This document shows positions 1 through 11,542 of a stretch of 34,684 bases of DNA, piece by piece. Below the pieces are notes generated by a model. It did no database searches. It had not been told where the DNA came from and worked only from the letters and a program-made list of their open reading frames with translations. Where the stretch lies: NCBI RefSeq assembly GCF_000485595.1, contig NW_014577065.1, positions 518,046-552,729 on the forward strand, read 5' to 3'. A program made the position numbers and the translations under genes. Within the stretch, counting starts at the first letter, position 1, and each line of letters opens with the position of its first letter. Origin of the DNA: Priapulus caudatus (lineage: Eukaryota).

Positions 1-140
<140 letters not shown>

Positions 141-2763
141 GAGAGAGTGGGTGTGGAGATGCGCGGGATGCGCGCGCTTACGTTCGCGCGCATGCGCGTG
201 TACGTTAGTGCGTCTGTGTTAATGTGTGAGCATTTTTCGTGGCATGCAAAGGGTGTCATATTAATGAAAAATAAACTAACACGTGGCAGATATGTAATAG
301 CGACACGTCTGGTGTGTCTTGGGTCACATTTGGGTGGCTATTGATTTAGACGTCTGTGCATGTCTAGACTGTATGTATGCAGCCTGGTCCACAGTGAGGT
401 GTTTGCTGTCAGCTTCCTTAACATCGCACGGACTGCTAGCAGAGTAGACAGTATATAAGCCTTAACATTGGTAGTGTCTGATGCAACATTATTACCCGGA
501 ATGAAGCTGCTAAACGATTTGATGTACACGTGCACGTAAGCGATGGACATACAACACAGGAAGCTCTCGTCGGTTCTATCGGTTCGCGTCGCGCGATGCG
601 GTTCGGTTTGTTGGTCATGGTAATGGTCATGGTAATGGTTGGTCATGGTAAGGGGTAGTTTAGGTGTAGTGAAGTTAGATATATAGACATGTAGTGAATG
701 GTTGGGTTGGGCCACTCAATTATATATAGGGTGAGCCAAAGGTGTTAGCTGTTGTCAGGTGGCGTTAGCGCAGCAATTGACTGTGAGCTGTATCAAGCTA
801 TCAGGTAGATGGATTGGTGGTTTAATGCATCTTACTATAAAGGATACATTCTTGTTATGTTGCTACCGATAATAATAGCAAAAAACATTGCATTCAATGA
901 TACATAATCTACAACAACACTTATTATGTTAATTCTGCTTACACTTGACACACTGATCTGATCAGGTCACGAAGTGAAACAATCTTATAGTAATCTATAC
1001 GTCAATATATGTTTACTTAACACCCTACCATTACCTACATACACATATTAATCCGGAAAAGTCGATATTGATCAGTATATTGATATATTATAGTACTAAT
1101 AACAGTGCAGTTATCACCATATATATGCGCTCTTCGGATCTTGTTTCTTTTAAACAGCAGCTTTTAGCTATATAATTACAAATAGCTGTCTATTAGTTAG
1201 TTAATTTAACACAACTGGTACTGCGACCAGATCAATTTATGCGTGATGGAAATCAAAAAGATACAATAGATATACGCGTATACTATATTATATAACACCA
1301 CGGACATCGGTATGTTCTTTTTCTGCGCAATAGAAACGCACGTTACATTTTATTACTCGAAGGTATTAACTTTATTGACAGGTAACACATTGTAGAACAC
1401 TCGGCTGACAAGATTCAAGACCACTTCGTGCAAGGTGTCTCGCGCGTCAATAGGCTGAGTCGATGGATGCAAATAATTCCTTGTCGGGCTCCACCTTTAA
1501 TAATGTCGACAGTGCCACATCGTGGCACGCGTTTTCATCGACACAAATATGACATGGAACACACGCGTTGAGAACGTCCAGGGCCGTAGGCTGAGGAAAT
1601 CTTTAGGGGGGAGGCAAAATTTCATGACTCAACTGTGTAATGATGAGCGACGTGCGCAGCTCTTGATCGACGTCCATAGGGTTGTAGGGGGTGGGGCTGA
1701 GGCAAGGCTTTCACGGATAAGTGACCAAAAAAATCAGGTTAGGGTTATTTACGATTATTAGCTAAGATTATTTTTTAATTTTGCTTTCCCATTCTTGCCT
1801 ATCTAGCATCGCTCGGCATCGTTACATACGCGACAACGGGTATACGTCGTATTTGAATCTTGTTCTGTGGCGAACCGCACCCACTCCAGATTGCGATAAT
1901 ACTTTACCCTACAAGCCTTCTCACGCAGAGTTCTCTCCCCAGGCGAAGTAATAATGATATATTCGAGACTAAATAGTAACTAAATAATGATATAAACGGT
2001 GCACTACCATGCGTACCAGATAGACGTATTCATTGTTGACATTAAGTCGTACGCATAGTAGTACGAATAGTTCATTATTCCATGTTTAGTCAAACGACTT
2101 TGGAATAGTCTATGTGTACAATCATGGTCGTAGCGTTTCGATACAAAGAAGAACGCCTGTCCTCCAGATTGTAGATAGAAGGACACGATGGTTACAAAAT
2201 ATGAATGACTATAAAATATATGTAATAAATAGTGGATCGAAATCACACATTCGGCTTATTCGCATTCAATTATGTGGTTCATTTCTTGAAAGTTTTTCAA
2301 CGTATTACCTGGTAATTATTCAACTGGGTCAGGAATTATGCTCACCCAAGTTTAAATAAGCCACTGCATGGATTCAATACCACAACAAAACTTTGATTCT
2401 TCCTAAATTGTAATTGCTCAAATATAGTCACAGTTGTGTTAAACATAATACTGTCTATACTACACGCCTGCATTATAAGAGAACACATAAAGTAAATTGC
2501 AATATAGTCATTAAAATGTAATAAATATTATACTAAGAGTTTAAAACGTTTAAAGTACTTGAAACGCTAAAATATATAAAGCTATACAATAAACGACGCA
2601 CCAAACATGAGACAAATTATATTGGTATAGTGTTAGCATTTCAATTATTTGTCATTATATTCCATTATTTGATGGAATTATTCTTCGTATGTCTTTGTGT
2701 TGTTTAACAAGTCTTGCACAGGTTAGCAGACGTCTTTACAAAATGAAGAAAATAGATACGGCT

Positions 2764-2797
<34 letters not shown>

Positions 2798-2940
2798 ACA
2801 TGACGAATTCAGGTTGAAACAAATATTAAAGTTTGCTGTTTAGTTTGACGGAGGCTTCGTAGACTCTGTCGGTTGTCATCGACAGCTGCTGATTGTTTCC
2901 GATGTCACATGGCCTGGTTGGGTTGTTATTTGCTCGAAAG

Positions 2941-2997
2941 CTATTGGATGTGAAATTGCATGATCATTACCAGATTAGTTATGACCACGCTCGCTAA
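2941..2997 (-). CDS. GR-like terminal exon 4 (LASVVITNLVMIMQFHIQ*), most likely of gene A
   Basis: tttacag acceptor, T-x-hhhhh-QF TM7 motif, TAG stop. Homologous to 19984-20055 and 28947-29018. It is the only terminal exon I found downstream of 10246. Confidence 0.82.
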   Translation of the reverse strand, partial: LASVVITNLVMIMQFHIQ

Positions 2998-3252
2998 CTG
3001 TAAATAAAAGAAAAACGATGCCACATATGGTTTTGCATAACGTATAGTATGGATGACGACGCTGGAGCATAAGTCGACGACAAATAGAAGTCAAGAACGT
3101 GTGTCAGGTCCAGTGACTAAGGCTTCATGTCTTGCAATGCTAAACTGACGAGCCATTGCCCGGAGCCGCCGAGACAACCACGCCCAAGTGTAGGCGTACA
3201 CTTCCCCGGCCTTGATAACAATAATAGCAGGTATACGTGTAACATACGTGTA

Positions 3253-3332
3253 TTGTTACCTCCGCCAGGGGCTTGGCGGAGGTTATGTTTTCACCGGCGT
3301 GTGTTTGAGTGTTGGTTTGTGGGTAGTTAGGC
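3253..3332 (+). mobile_element. 5' end of a Helentron-associated non-autonomous element (HINE/DINE-1-like)
   Basis: TTACCTCCGCCAGGGGCTTGGCGGAGGTTATGTTTTCACCGGCG: subterminal inverted-repeat hairpin followed by a GT-rich tract. Confidence 0.65.
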
Positions 3333-3426
3333 GAAATTAGGATATTGCTGTAGGGAAATAGAAATTTGCCGTAGGCGAAATGGAAGTAGGCCAACGGGAA
3401 AAACCGGCCCATATCTCTGCTCGGCT

Positions 3427-3690
3427 TCTCTCTCTCTCTCATTCTCCCCCTCTCTCTCCTCTCTCTCTCTCACTGTCTCTCTTTCTCTCTCGTACGCTCT
3501 TCTCATCTCGTCTCTTCTCTCTCCTCTCTTCTCTCCCCCCCTCAATCTCTCTCTCATTCTTCTCTCTCTCTCTCGCTCTCTCCTTCTCTCCCTCTCTCTC
3601 TCTCTCTCTCCTCTCGTCTCTCTCTCTTCTCTCTTTTCCGCTCTCTCTCTCTCTCGCTCGTTCTCATGCCCCTCTTTCTCCCTCTCATTC
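3427..3690. repeat. Degenerate (CT)n microsatellite
   Basis: Direct inspection. Confidence 0.95.
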
Positions 3691-3979
3691 GCCTCAACCC
3701 CACCCACCACCACTCAGCCTGCTCCCTCCCCCAGCCCCCCAGCCTCCCCCATACAGTACACAAACACATTACGTACGTTACCTAGGAAGGGAGACGATTG
3801 AGCTATAGTACTGATTGTACAACAGGTGTCAATCTATCTTCTATGCGTAGACACAAGCCAGCCATCGGCGCGGACACAGGATCTCTGATGCATGTTATGC
3901 AGCAGCATCGCTCGCATAGACCGCGCCCCGCATGACTAAACTGAACTTTATTGTCTGGTTTTAGTATTGTCTCGTGAGT

Positions 3980-5176
3980 TCAGACCGAGGTCGCAACGTC
4001 GGCAGCGCGAATTCGCGTATCGTCGTCGGACTCTCGAAAGCCGACACTGAACTTAGTGATGCCAGAATTCGTGCGTGAGCTCGAGCATTCTCGAGGTTGT
4101 TCGCGGCCTGCAACGATAAAGATATATTCGTCGAATTTCCGCCACGACTTCCGATTTCGGATTACATAGTTATAGCCGGCCCTCTGCCGCCCTGTGCGGT
4201 AAACCATCTACGACGCCTTTGCTGGGCCCATGCGTCAACTGGCTATTCAGGAGTGAATCCTGTCGCGCGGCTCATGCGACGAGGGACTCATTGAAGGCAC
4301 GGAGTCCTCATTCGACGACATGTGACGCTTTTAGCGTTCGCTTTCTTTCTGGGAGACTTTTCACGATCTGCGTCGAACGTCCATTGTTCGATCGACGTCG
4401 GGATTTTTTCCTCGACGTCGCCACGCAGAATATTCTCGCGCGCGCTTCCTGCACGAACGATCTATCCCGCCGCCGTCCGGGCTAGTCTCCCTCGGAAGCC
4501 AATCGTGGACAAGTAGCGTCCAGTTGAACTAGATTCTACGATGCTCCGCATGGCTTCTCGCCTGGAAGCTGTGTCAGGGGGACTGATCCGAGCAAAGTAA
4601 TCGATCGAGTTTTGGTTTTATCGCTCAGGCTGCGCTCGTGGAAGCGTAGCTGATCTGAGGGGATTTAACACACCGGACGTAAGTTGGCGACGTGGCATGC
4701 GGACACATTACACTCCGGTCCGCGATGACGCCGGCGAACGGTCCCTCTGGTCTAGATTCGGCGTCCGGTTTCGACCCGTACTGACATCTCGAACTTCGGC
4801 ATGCGTCAGGTGCTGAGGAGGCGCGAACGAAACATCGATGGATTTGTTGAAAAGCGTTACGTGTCCGTGCGCACGTGTCGAGTATTTGCACCCAGACCGG
4901 CACGTGAGGGCAAGCAGGGAGACGATCAGAGTTGATATGTGCGTCGACTCGAACATCATCGCTTCCAGACGAATGGATCCGCGCTCTTCCCAGATCATTC
5001 CCGCACGAAGCATATCCGCGAACCTTTCTCGTCGCACCGGAACACAGACCGCCGAGGGATGATTTGACCAGGAAGCTGCGCGATTTCGCGTCGGCGAGTC
5101 CGACAGAGGACGACGACCGGCGGACGACGCCGAGGGCGGCGATGACGAAGACGATTGCTGGCCATCTGGCGTGCAT
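3980..5176 (-). pseudogene. Frameshift-ridden coding-like sequence, possibly a secreted or membrane leucine-rich-repeat protein
   Basis: GC-rich, with a signal-peptide-like start MHARWPAIVFVIAALGVV. LRR-like pieces are readable across frameshifts (FAPPQHLTH, LNPLR/QLRF..SLSD, ANNLE/MLELTH, SAFESPTTIREF). Confidence 0.4.
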
Positions 5177-5389
5177 TGAGGAGCGCGGAAGGGCGGAAGC
5201 GGTATGCCGGATGGTGATCGTATGAGGAGCCAGATGGGGTGGGCGGGGAAGGGATTGTGCCGGGGGGGGAGGGGGTCAGGCGAGAGGAGTGAGGGTGGGC
5301 GCGTGAGGAGGGGAGGGGCTTCTGAATGAAATTGACGGCTTTTGAAAGCTGACAGTGGTGATGTCATTGTCGGCAGTGATGGGGTGCTC

Positions 5390-5715
5390 CCGCTGCTGCC
5401 AGCTCTACCCTCCAGCTGTCAGCGCGACCCACTGCTGCCAGCACTGCTCGCTATTGCCTGTTGTATCCCCTGCTGTCAGCTCTACCCTCCAACTGCCAGC
5501 TTTGCCTTTTGCTGTCAGCACTAACTGCTGCTGCCAGCTTTTCTCACTTCTGCCAGCACTATTCACTACTGCCAGATTTACCCACTGCTGCCAGCTTTAC
5601 CCACTGCTGCCAGCACTATCCGTAACTGCTATCTATATTCACTGCTGCCAGCTTTACACACTGCTGATAGCTCTACACACTGTTGCCTGCTGTATTCACT
5701 GTTGCCAGCTGTAGC
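5390..5715. repeat. Degenerate minisatellite, about 19-bp unit (CCACTGCTGCCAGCTCTAC-like)
   Basis: Recurrent CTGCTGCCAGC cores at roughly 19-nt spacing. Confidence 0.85.
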
Positions 5716-5814
5716 TCTTGTCTGCAGCTGTCGTGTGTTCTTGACGCGTCCACTGGTGGCGCCACGTGCATCGAATACCCTAAAAATGAAACAAATAACA
5801 TTAGTTTTCTTTGT

Positions 5815-6248
5815 AACCTTTTCTCCCCTTAATGTAAACTTTAACCCTCTCCCGTTAACGTCTAAACCTCTTTCCCGTTAACACTTAACCATTTCTCTCT
5901 CTCTCTCTCTCCTTAAAAGTTAACGTTTTCTACCCTAAAAATTTAACCCTCTCCCGTTAATATCTAAGCCTCTCCTCTTAACGTCTAACACCCTCTCTCC
6001 TTAACATTTGACCTTCTCTTTCCTTAACATTTCCCTCTCTTTCCTTAACATTTGACCCTCTCTTGCCTTAACATTTTGACCCCCCTCTCTCCTTAACATT
6101 TGACCCCTCTCTTCCATAACAATTTGACCCTACTCTTTCCATAACAATTCTTGGACCCCCTATCTATAACATTGACAACCCTCTCTCCTCTCCTCACTCT
6201 ATTTAAATTAACGTCTCTTTCTTTAACATTTAACTCTTTCCCTTAACC
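5815..6248. repeat. Degenerate minisatellite, about 22-bp unit (CCTTAACATTTGACCCTCTCT-like)
   Basis: Recurrent TTAACATTTGACC/CTCTC units. Confidence 0.85.
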
Positions 6249-6314
6249 ATCGTCCTGCTTTAACCAACATACCAGCGCTGCCGCTGCTGCACACTGCGCG
6301 ACAGCTGTTGAAAC

Positions 6315-6339
6315 NNNNNNNNNNNNNNNNNNNNNNNNN
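6315..6339. other. Assembly gap (25 N)
   Basis: N run. Confidence 0.99.
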
Positions 6340-6429
6340 TCGATTTCTGGTTTGTGACGCTCGCTGATTGGCTGATTGGCCCGCCACCACCGCCGCCGCC
6401 GCTGTGCCGGAACCGCCTGTATCATACAG

Positions 6430-6760
6430 GTTAAGCCTATAACTACAAAAGTTATGGACGGATTGTCATAAAATTTCAGGATACGTCAGAAATGGGCTAA
6501 CTTAGAATTGATGAGATTTGGTGGTGATCCGGACCAATTAATTAATTAATTCATTCATTAAAATAAAATTTTCAGGATAGGTCAGAAATGGGGTAACTTA
6601 GAATTGATTACATTTTGTGGTGATCCGGATCCAATTAATTATTTAATTAATTAATTAATTAATTAATTTTTCCACTTAATTAATTAATTAATTAATAAAA
6701 AATTTCACATTGAGAGAAAGCTGCCTTGGCGGAGGTCTGTGCTCTCCGAGTGCTTTAGTT
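6430..6760 (+). mobile_element. 3' part of the same HINE-like element
   Basis: ATAACTACAAAAGTTATGGACGGATT, an internal roughly 95-bp direct repeat ending GGTGATCCGGA, 3' subTIR CCTTGGCGGAGG (6724-6735) complementary to 3259-3270, and terminal hairpin GTGCTCTCCGAGTGC followed by TTTAGTT. Confidence 0.7.
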
Positions 6761-6765
6761 ACAGA

Positions 6766-6806
<41 letters not shown>

Positions 6807-6899
6807 ATATATATATAATATAAGATATGTGTGTGTGTGGCGTGCGTGCGTGCGCGCGTGTGTGTGTGCGTGGTGTGTGTGTGTGGTTTGTGCTGTGTG

Positions 6900-6966
<67 letters not shown>

Positions 6967-7030
6967 CCGCGCGCGCGCGTCTCTGTGTGTGCGGGCGTGC
7001 GTTGGCGTGTGTGTGCGCGCGCACGTGCGT
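6766..7030. repeat. Compound (CT)n(AT)n(GT)n microsatellite
   Basis: Direct inspection. Confidence 0.95.
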
Positions 7031-9327
7031 GGGGCGTGGGTGCGCTGCGTGTGGTGGACAATTTCTTTTCATCAGACAACGAAGCTGACGCACGCCATAG
7101 CTTCGTGAGCAAACATTTAGAGTAATTAGTATTTTTTAAATGTTAATTAGAAATAGGTGAATTAGAGAGACGCCACTCCTCGTGACCGCTGAGGGATTGT
7201 ACACATCGTAATATGCATAGCTCATGAAATAGCATGCGTGCACAGTGCTTGAGTCGTACGATTTCACAGAGAATCTCTAACACCAAGCTAAAGGAAATAC
7301 GTAAGAGCGGGGAAATTCAGGACACGAAAAACGTGTTATAGCAATGAATTGAGTCGACGTGGTAACTGTGGAATACGTACAAGAGTGTGAATCGACGAAA
7401 ATGTCATATGCAGTAACCTCTGCTGTAGGAATCTATGCGTCAACAACATGAGACATCAAGGTGCAGACGTAATGAGCCCAGATTGAGATCGCTAGTGAAA
7501 GGCACAGTTAGAATACGATCTTTAGCGTGAGGCATACTTTCGGTCAGAAGAAGACTTCGGGTGAGAGAGAAGAAGCCAGCACCAGTGAAACGCACGTCAT
7601 TTGCATTCAACTAGACGACGAAAAGAATTCTCTGTGAAATAAAAACTCAATTGCTTTAATTACCCCAAATAATTAAAGTAACACGCTTGCCGACAACTAT
7701 TGCCCTGTGTTTATTATTAAAGGCATTCCGTTTTGCCATCACTGACATATATGTCACGTTAGTTAATTTGGCCTCACCTACCCCGTTTGTGCTAGTTTTA
7801 AATATTCTTTCTAACCGGTTTATTAGATGAATGACCAGTATAAAAAATACTATAAATTGGCTTAATTAATTAATTATTTAAATAACAGCATTGTAGCATC
7901 TAGGTTTAATCACCTGTAACTCTTCGTGATGAGAGAGATCTGTTAGCTTCTCAAGCCCACTCTTTGGCTTTTGCGCCTAAAATTACGTTGAAATTACACA
8001 AAAAACAGAACCAAAACTATTTCTCGATACGGTTATGACACAATAATAATTAGGGGTAGCTGCTACTTCATATTGAAAATTAACCTAATCGTACTTTATA
8101 TAAAGAGTAAATTTACATGTTGAAATGTATGCAAGAAAGTGAGCAAACAAGATAAGTGCCTATACGTTTACAGCTTTCACAATGACACGAAATTAATTCA
8201 GCGATCTTAAATGATTGACCCGCGGGGTGGGCACCATGCGAGGAACACACATGCGGGGGACACCCCATGCGAATTTATTCGCACGATCGCAGCGCGATTT
8301 TAAAACCGTTGCGGAATTCGCATGGTGTGTCCGCTCAAGCGCGGGCGAATTTCGCCGTGAATTTCATCCGCACCGAAATTCGCAGCGAGATTCGCATGGT
8401 GTGTCCCCCGCTTCAATCATTTATGATCGCTGAATTAATTTTGTGTCATTGTGAAAACGACAACTGTAAACGCATTGGCACATTATCTGTTTGCTCGCTT
8501 TCTTGCATACATTTCAACATGTAAATTTACTATTCGCTTACAATTGCTACTCCCGCTTACAATCGCTGCGGACGTGCGAATAAATTCGCATGTGTGTCCT
8601 CGCCCGCTTTAGTTAAGGTTGTGAAGGTTACATGCAGATTTCATGTCGCATATCAACTCAGCACGCTGTTATATGCATTGATCTTTAAAACCAGTATTCC
8701 TGTAGCTTAATCGGTATTTATTCCAATCACGCGGATACATATCTAAGTGCATGTCTTGAACTGTCAGCTATAGCTACCAACAAATAAGAAGCTCTGAAAA
8801 TACTTTTCTGAGCATCTTGCTCCCTGTAGGATGATTAAGGTCAACCTATTATAAACAATAGTGTCGTGAAAAGTCCACAACTTAGCATAATACCCGAGTC
8901 GTCAACGGTAGATAATATAAATATTACCACGTATGTCATTGATATTATCGTTATGACGGAGAAAACCACACTGAAGAGATCATGGGTGAGTAGAGAGCTT
9001 GCACATAGCTGACCATATCGCGTCATCTTTACGTATTGCAGACGCAACTCCTCTATTGACCATAACCTTGCATTACTGTCGGACGTGGGCTGATCGTCTT
9101 GATTGATATTCTTCTCTGCCCGCTCCCTCGCAATTAGTTCTTCGTTATGCGAGAAAGCTGATTAATTTTCTCGGTTAAAAAATCAAAATCTCTGCGATAA
9201 ACGAACAGTGAGTACCAAATGTCAGAGGCAGACTGATGACATACGTAATAATAATGCATTCATGATCAGCACGATGATCGTTAAAGCAACTCCTGTTGAC
9301 ATGTTGAAAAATTGTCACCAAAAAATC
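6965..9327 (-). pseudogene. Near-identical damaged duplicate of about 9665-12070 (GR gene A exon 1 3' half, exon 2 at 7914-7976, exon 3 at 7542-7631); possible assembly artefact
   Basis: Collinear with the gene A copy including introns and MITE. Many single-base deletions, a CAG>TAG change in exon 3 and an exon 3 donor GT>GA change. Confidence 0.75.
8109..8610. mobile_element. Duplicate copy of the 10824-11348 MITE
   Basis: Same sequence inside the duplicated block. Confidence 0.65.
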
Positions 9328-9544
9328 ATTATGAAATATATATAGAGCTGGCAGGCAGGCGCTACAGCTGCTGTCAGGCCGCCTGTTGCCCCCGTGTACC
9401 TGTCTGTCTCTCGCACCTGTTCTACCACACACACACGTCTACCTCCCCGGGGGGAAGGGGAGCCAGAAGAGAAAGGTCAGAGCTGCGTATGGGCGAGAGC
9501 TACGTGTATGAATTAACCCGGTGTAGGAAAGGGGATGGGGAGGG

Positions 9545-9577
9545 GGAGAGATAGAGAGGGGAAGGAAGAAAGAGAGG

Positions 9578-9676
<99 letters not shown>

Positions 9677-9755
9677 CGCGCGTCTCTGTGTGTGCGGGCG
9701 TGCGTGTGCGTGTGTGTGCGCGCGCACGTGCGTGGGTGCGTGGGTGCGTGCGTGT
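9545..9755. repeat. Compound (GA)n(GT)n(GC)n microsatellite
   Basis: Direct inspection. Confidence 0.95.
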
Positions 9756-10245
9756 GGGGGTGACAATTTCTTTTCATCAGACAACGAAGTGACGGCACGC
9801 CATAGCTTCGTGAGCAAACATTTAGAGTAATTAGTATTTTTTTAAATGTTAATTAGAAATAGGTGAATTAGAGAGACGCCACTCCTCGTGACCGCTGAGG
9901 GATTGTACACATCGGTAATATGCATAGCTCATGAAATAGCATGCGTGCACAGTGCTTGAGTCGTACGATTTCACAGAGAATCTCTAACACCAAGCTAAAG
10001 GAAATACGTAAGAGCGGGGAAATTCGAGACACGAAAAACGTGTTATAGCAAATTGAGTCGACGTGGTAACTGTGGGAATACGTACAAGAGTGTGAATCGA
10101 CGAAATGTCATATGCAGTAACCTCTGCTGTAGGAATCTATGCGTCATCAACATGAGACATTAAGGTGGAGACGTAATGAGCCCAGATTGAGATCGCTAGT
10201 GGAAGGCACAGTTAGAATACGATCTTTAGCGCGAGGCATACTTAC

Positions 10246-10335
10246 GGTCAGAAGAAGACTTCGGGTGAGAGAGAAGAAGCCAGCACCAGTGAAACGCACG
10301 TCATTTGCATTCAACTGGACGACGAAAAGAATTCT
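10246..10335 (-). CDS. GR-like gene A, exon 3 (RILFVVQLNANDVRFTGAGFFSLTRSLLLT)
   Basis: 90 nt, cacag acceptor and GTAAGT donor, phase 0-0. Contains the hallmark GR FT..GFF.L.R.LL.T motif preceding the last TM helix. Confidence 0.9.
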
Positions 10336-10618
10336 CTGTGAAATAAAAACTCAATTGCTTTAATTACCCCAAATAATTAAAGTAACACGCTTGCCGACAA
10401 CTATTGCCCTGTGTTTATTATTAAAGGCATTCCCGTTTTGCATCACTGACATATATTGTCACGTTAGTTAATTTGGCCTCACCTACGCCGTTTGTGCTAG
10501 TTTTAAATATTCTTTCTAACCGGTTTATTAGATGAATGACCAGTATAAAAAAATACTATAAATTGCTTAATTAATTAATTATTTAAATAACAGCATTGTA
10601 GCATCTAGGTTTAATCAC

Positions 10619-10681
10619 CTGTAACTCTTCGTGATGAGAGAGATCTGTTAGTTTCTCAAGCCCACTCTTTGGCTTTTGCGC
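10619..10681 (-). CDS. GR-like gene A, exon 2 (AQKPKSGLEKLTDLSHHEELQ)
   Basis: 63 nt, ttttag acceptor and GTGATT donor, phase 0-0. Homologous exon at 16150-16212. Confidence 0.85.
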
Positions 10682-10823
10682 CTAAAATTACGTTTTCAAT
10701 TGTTGAAATTACACAAAAAACAGAACCAAAACTATTTCTCGAAACGGTTATGACACAATAATAATTAGAAGTAGCTGCTACTTCATATTGAAAATTAACC
10801 TAATCGTACTTTATTTAAAGAGT

Positions 10824-11348
10824 TAATTTACATGTTGAAATGTATGCAAGAAAGTGAGCAAACAGATAATGTGCCTATACGTTTACAGCTTTCACAATGA
10901 CACGAAATTAATTCAGCGATCTTAAATGATTGACCCGCGGGGGGGGGGGCACCATGCGAGGAACACACCAGCGGGGGACACCCCATGCGAATTTATTCGC
11001 ACGATCGCAGCGGATTTTAAAACCGTTGCGGAATTCGCATGGTGTGTCTGCTCAAGCGCGGGCGAATTTCGCCGTGAATTTCATCCGCACCGAAATTCGC
11101 CGCGATTTCGCTGCGGATATGATCGCAGCGAAATTCGCATGGTGTGTCTCCCGCTTCAATCATTTACGATCGCTGAATTAATTTTGTGTCATTATGAAAA
11201 CGAACTGTAAACGCATTGGCACATTATCTGTTTGCTCGCTTTCTTGCATACATTTCAACATGTAAATTTACTATTCGCTTACAATTGCTACTCCCCGCTT
11301 ACAATCGCTGCGGACGTGCGAATAAATTCGCATGGTGTGTCCCCCCTT
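10824..11348. mobile_element. Composite foldback MITE (PIF/Harbinger-like) in intron 1 of GR gene A
   Basis: TIR-like GGGGGACACCCCATGCGAATTTATTCGCACG (about 10973) and CGTGCGAATAAATTCGCATGGTGTGTCCCCCC (about 11346), with internal TTCGCATGGTGTGTC repeats. A second pair of inverted arms of about 110 bp lies at 10824-10933 and 11156-11271. Confidence 0.7.
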
Positions 11349-11542
11349 TAGTTAAGGTTGTGAAGGTTACATGCAGATTTCATGTCGCATATCAACTCAG
11401 CACGCTGTTATATGCATTGATCTTTAAAACCAGTATTCCCATAGCCTAATCGGTATTTATTCCAATCACACGGATACATATCTAAGTGCATGTCTTGAAC
11501 TGTCAGCTATAGCTACCAACAAATAAGAAGCTCTGAAAATAC

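Noticed and set aside
5355..5714. Cys-rich ORF (HCCQL repeats) resembling metallothionein or keratin-associated protein
   Set aside because: It derives from a 19-bp minisatellite whose unit is not a multiple of three.
5390..6248. CRISPR-like appearance of periodic repeats (also 14380-14650)
   Set aside because: Units are contiguous and degenerate with no unique spacers, there are no cas genes, and the context is eukaryotic.
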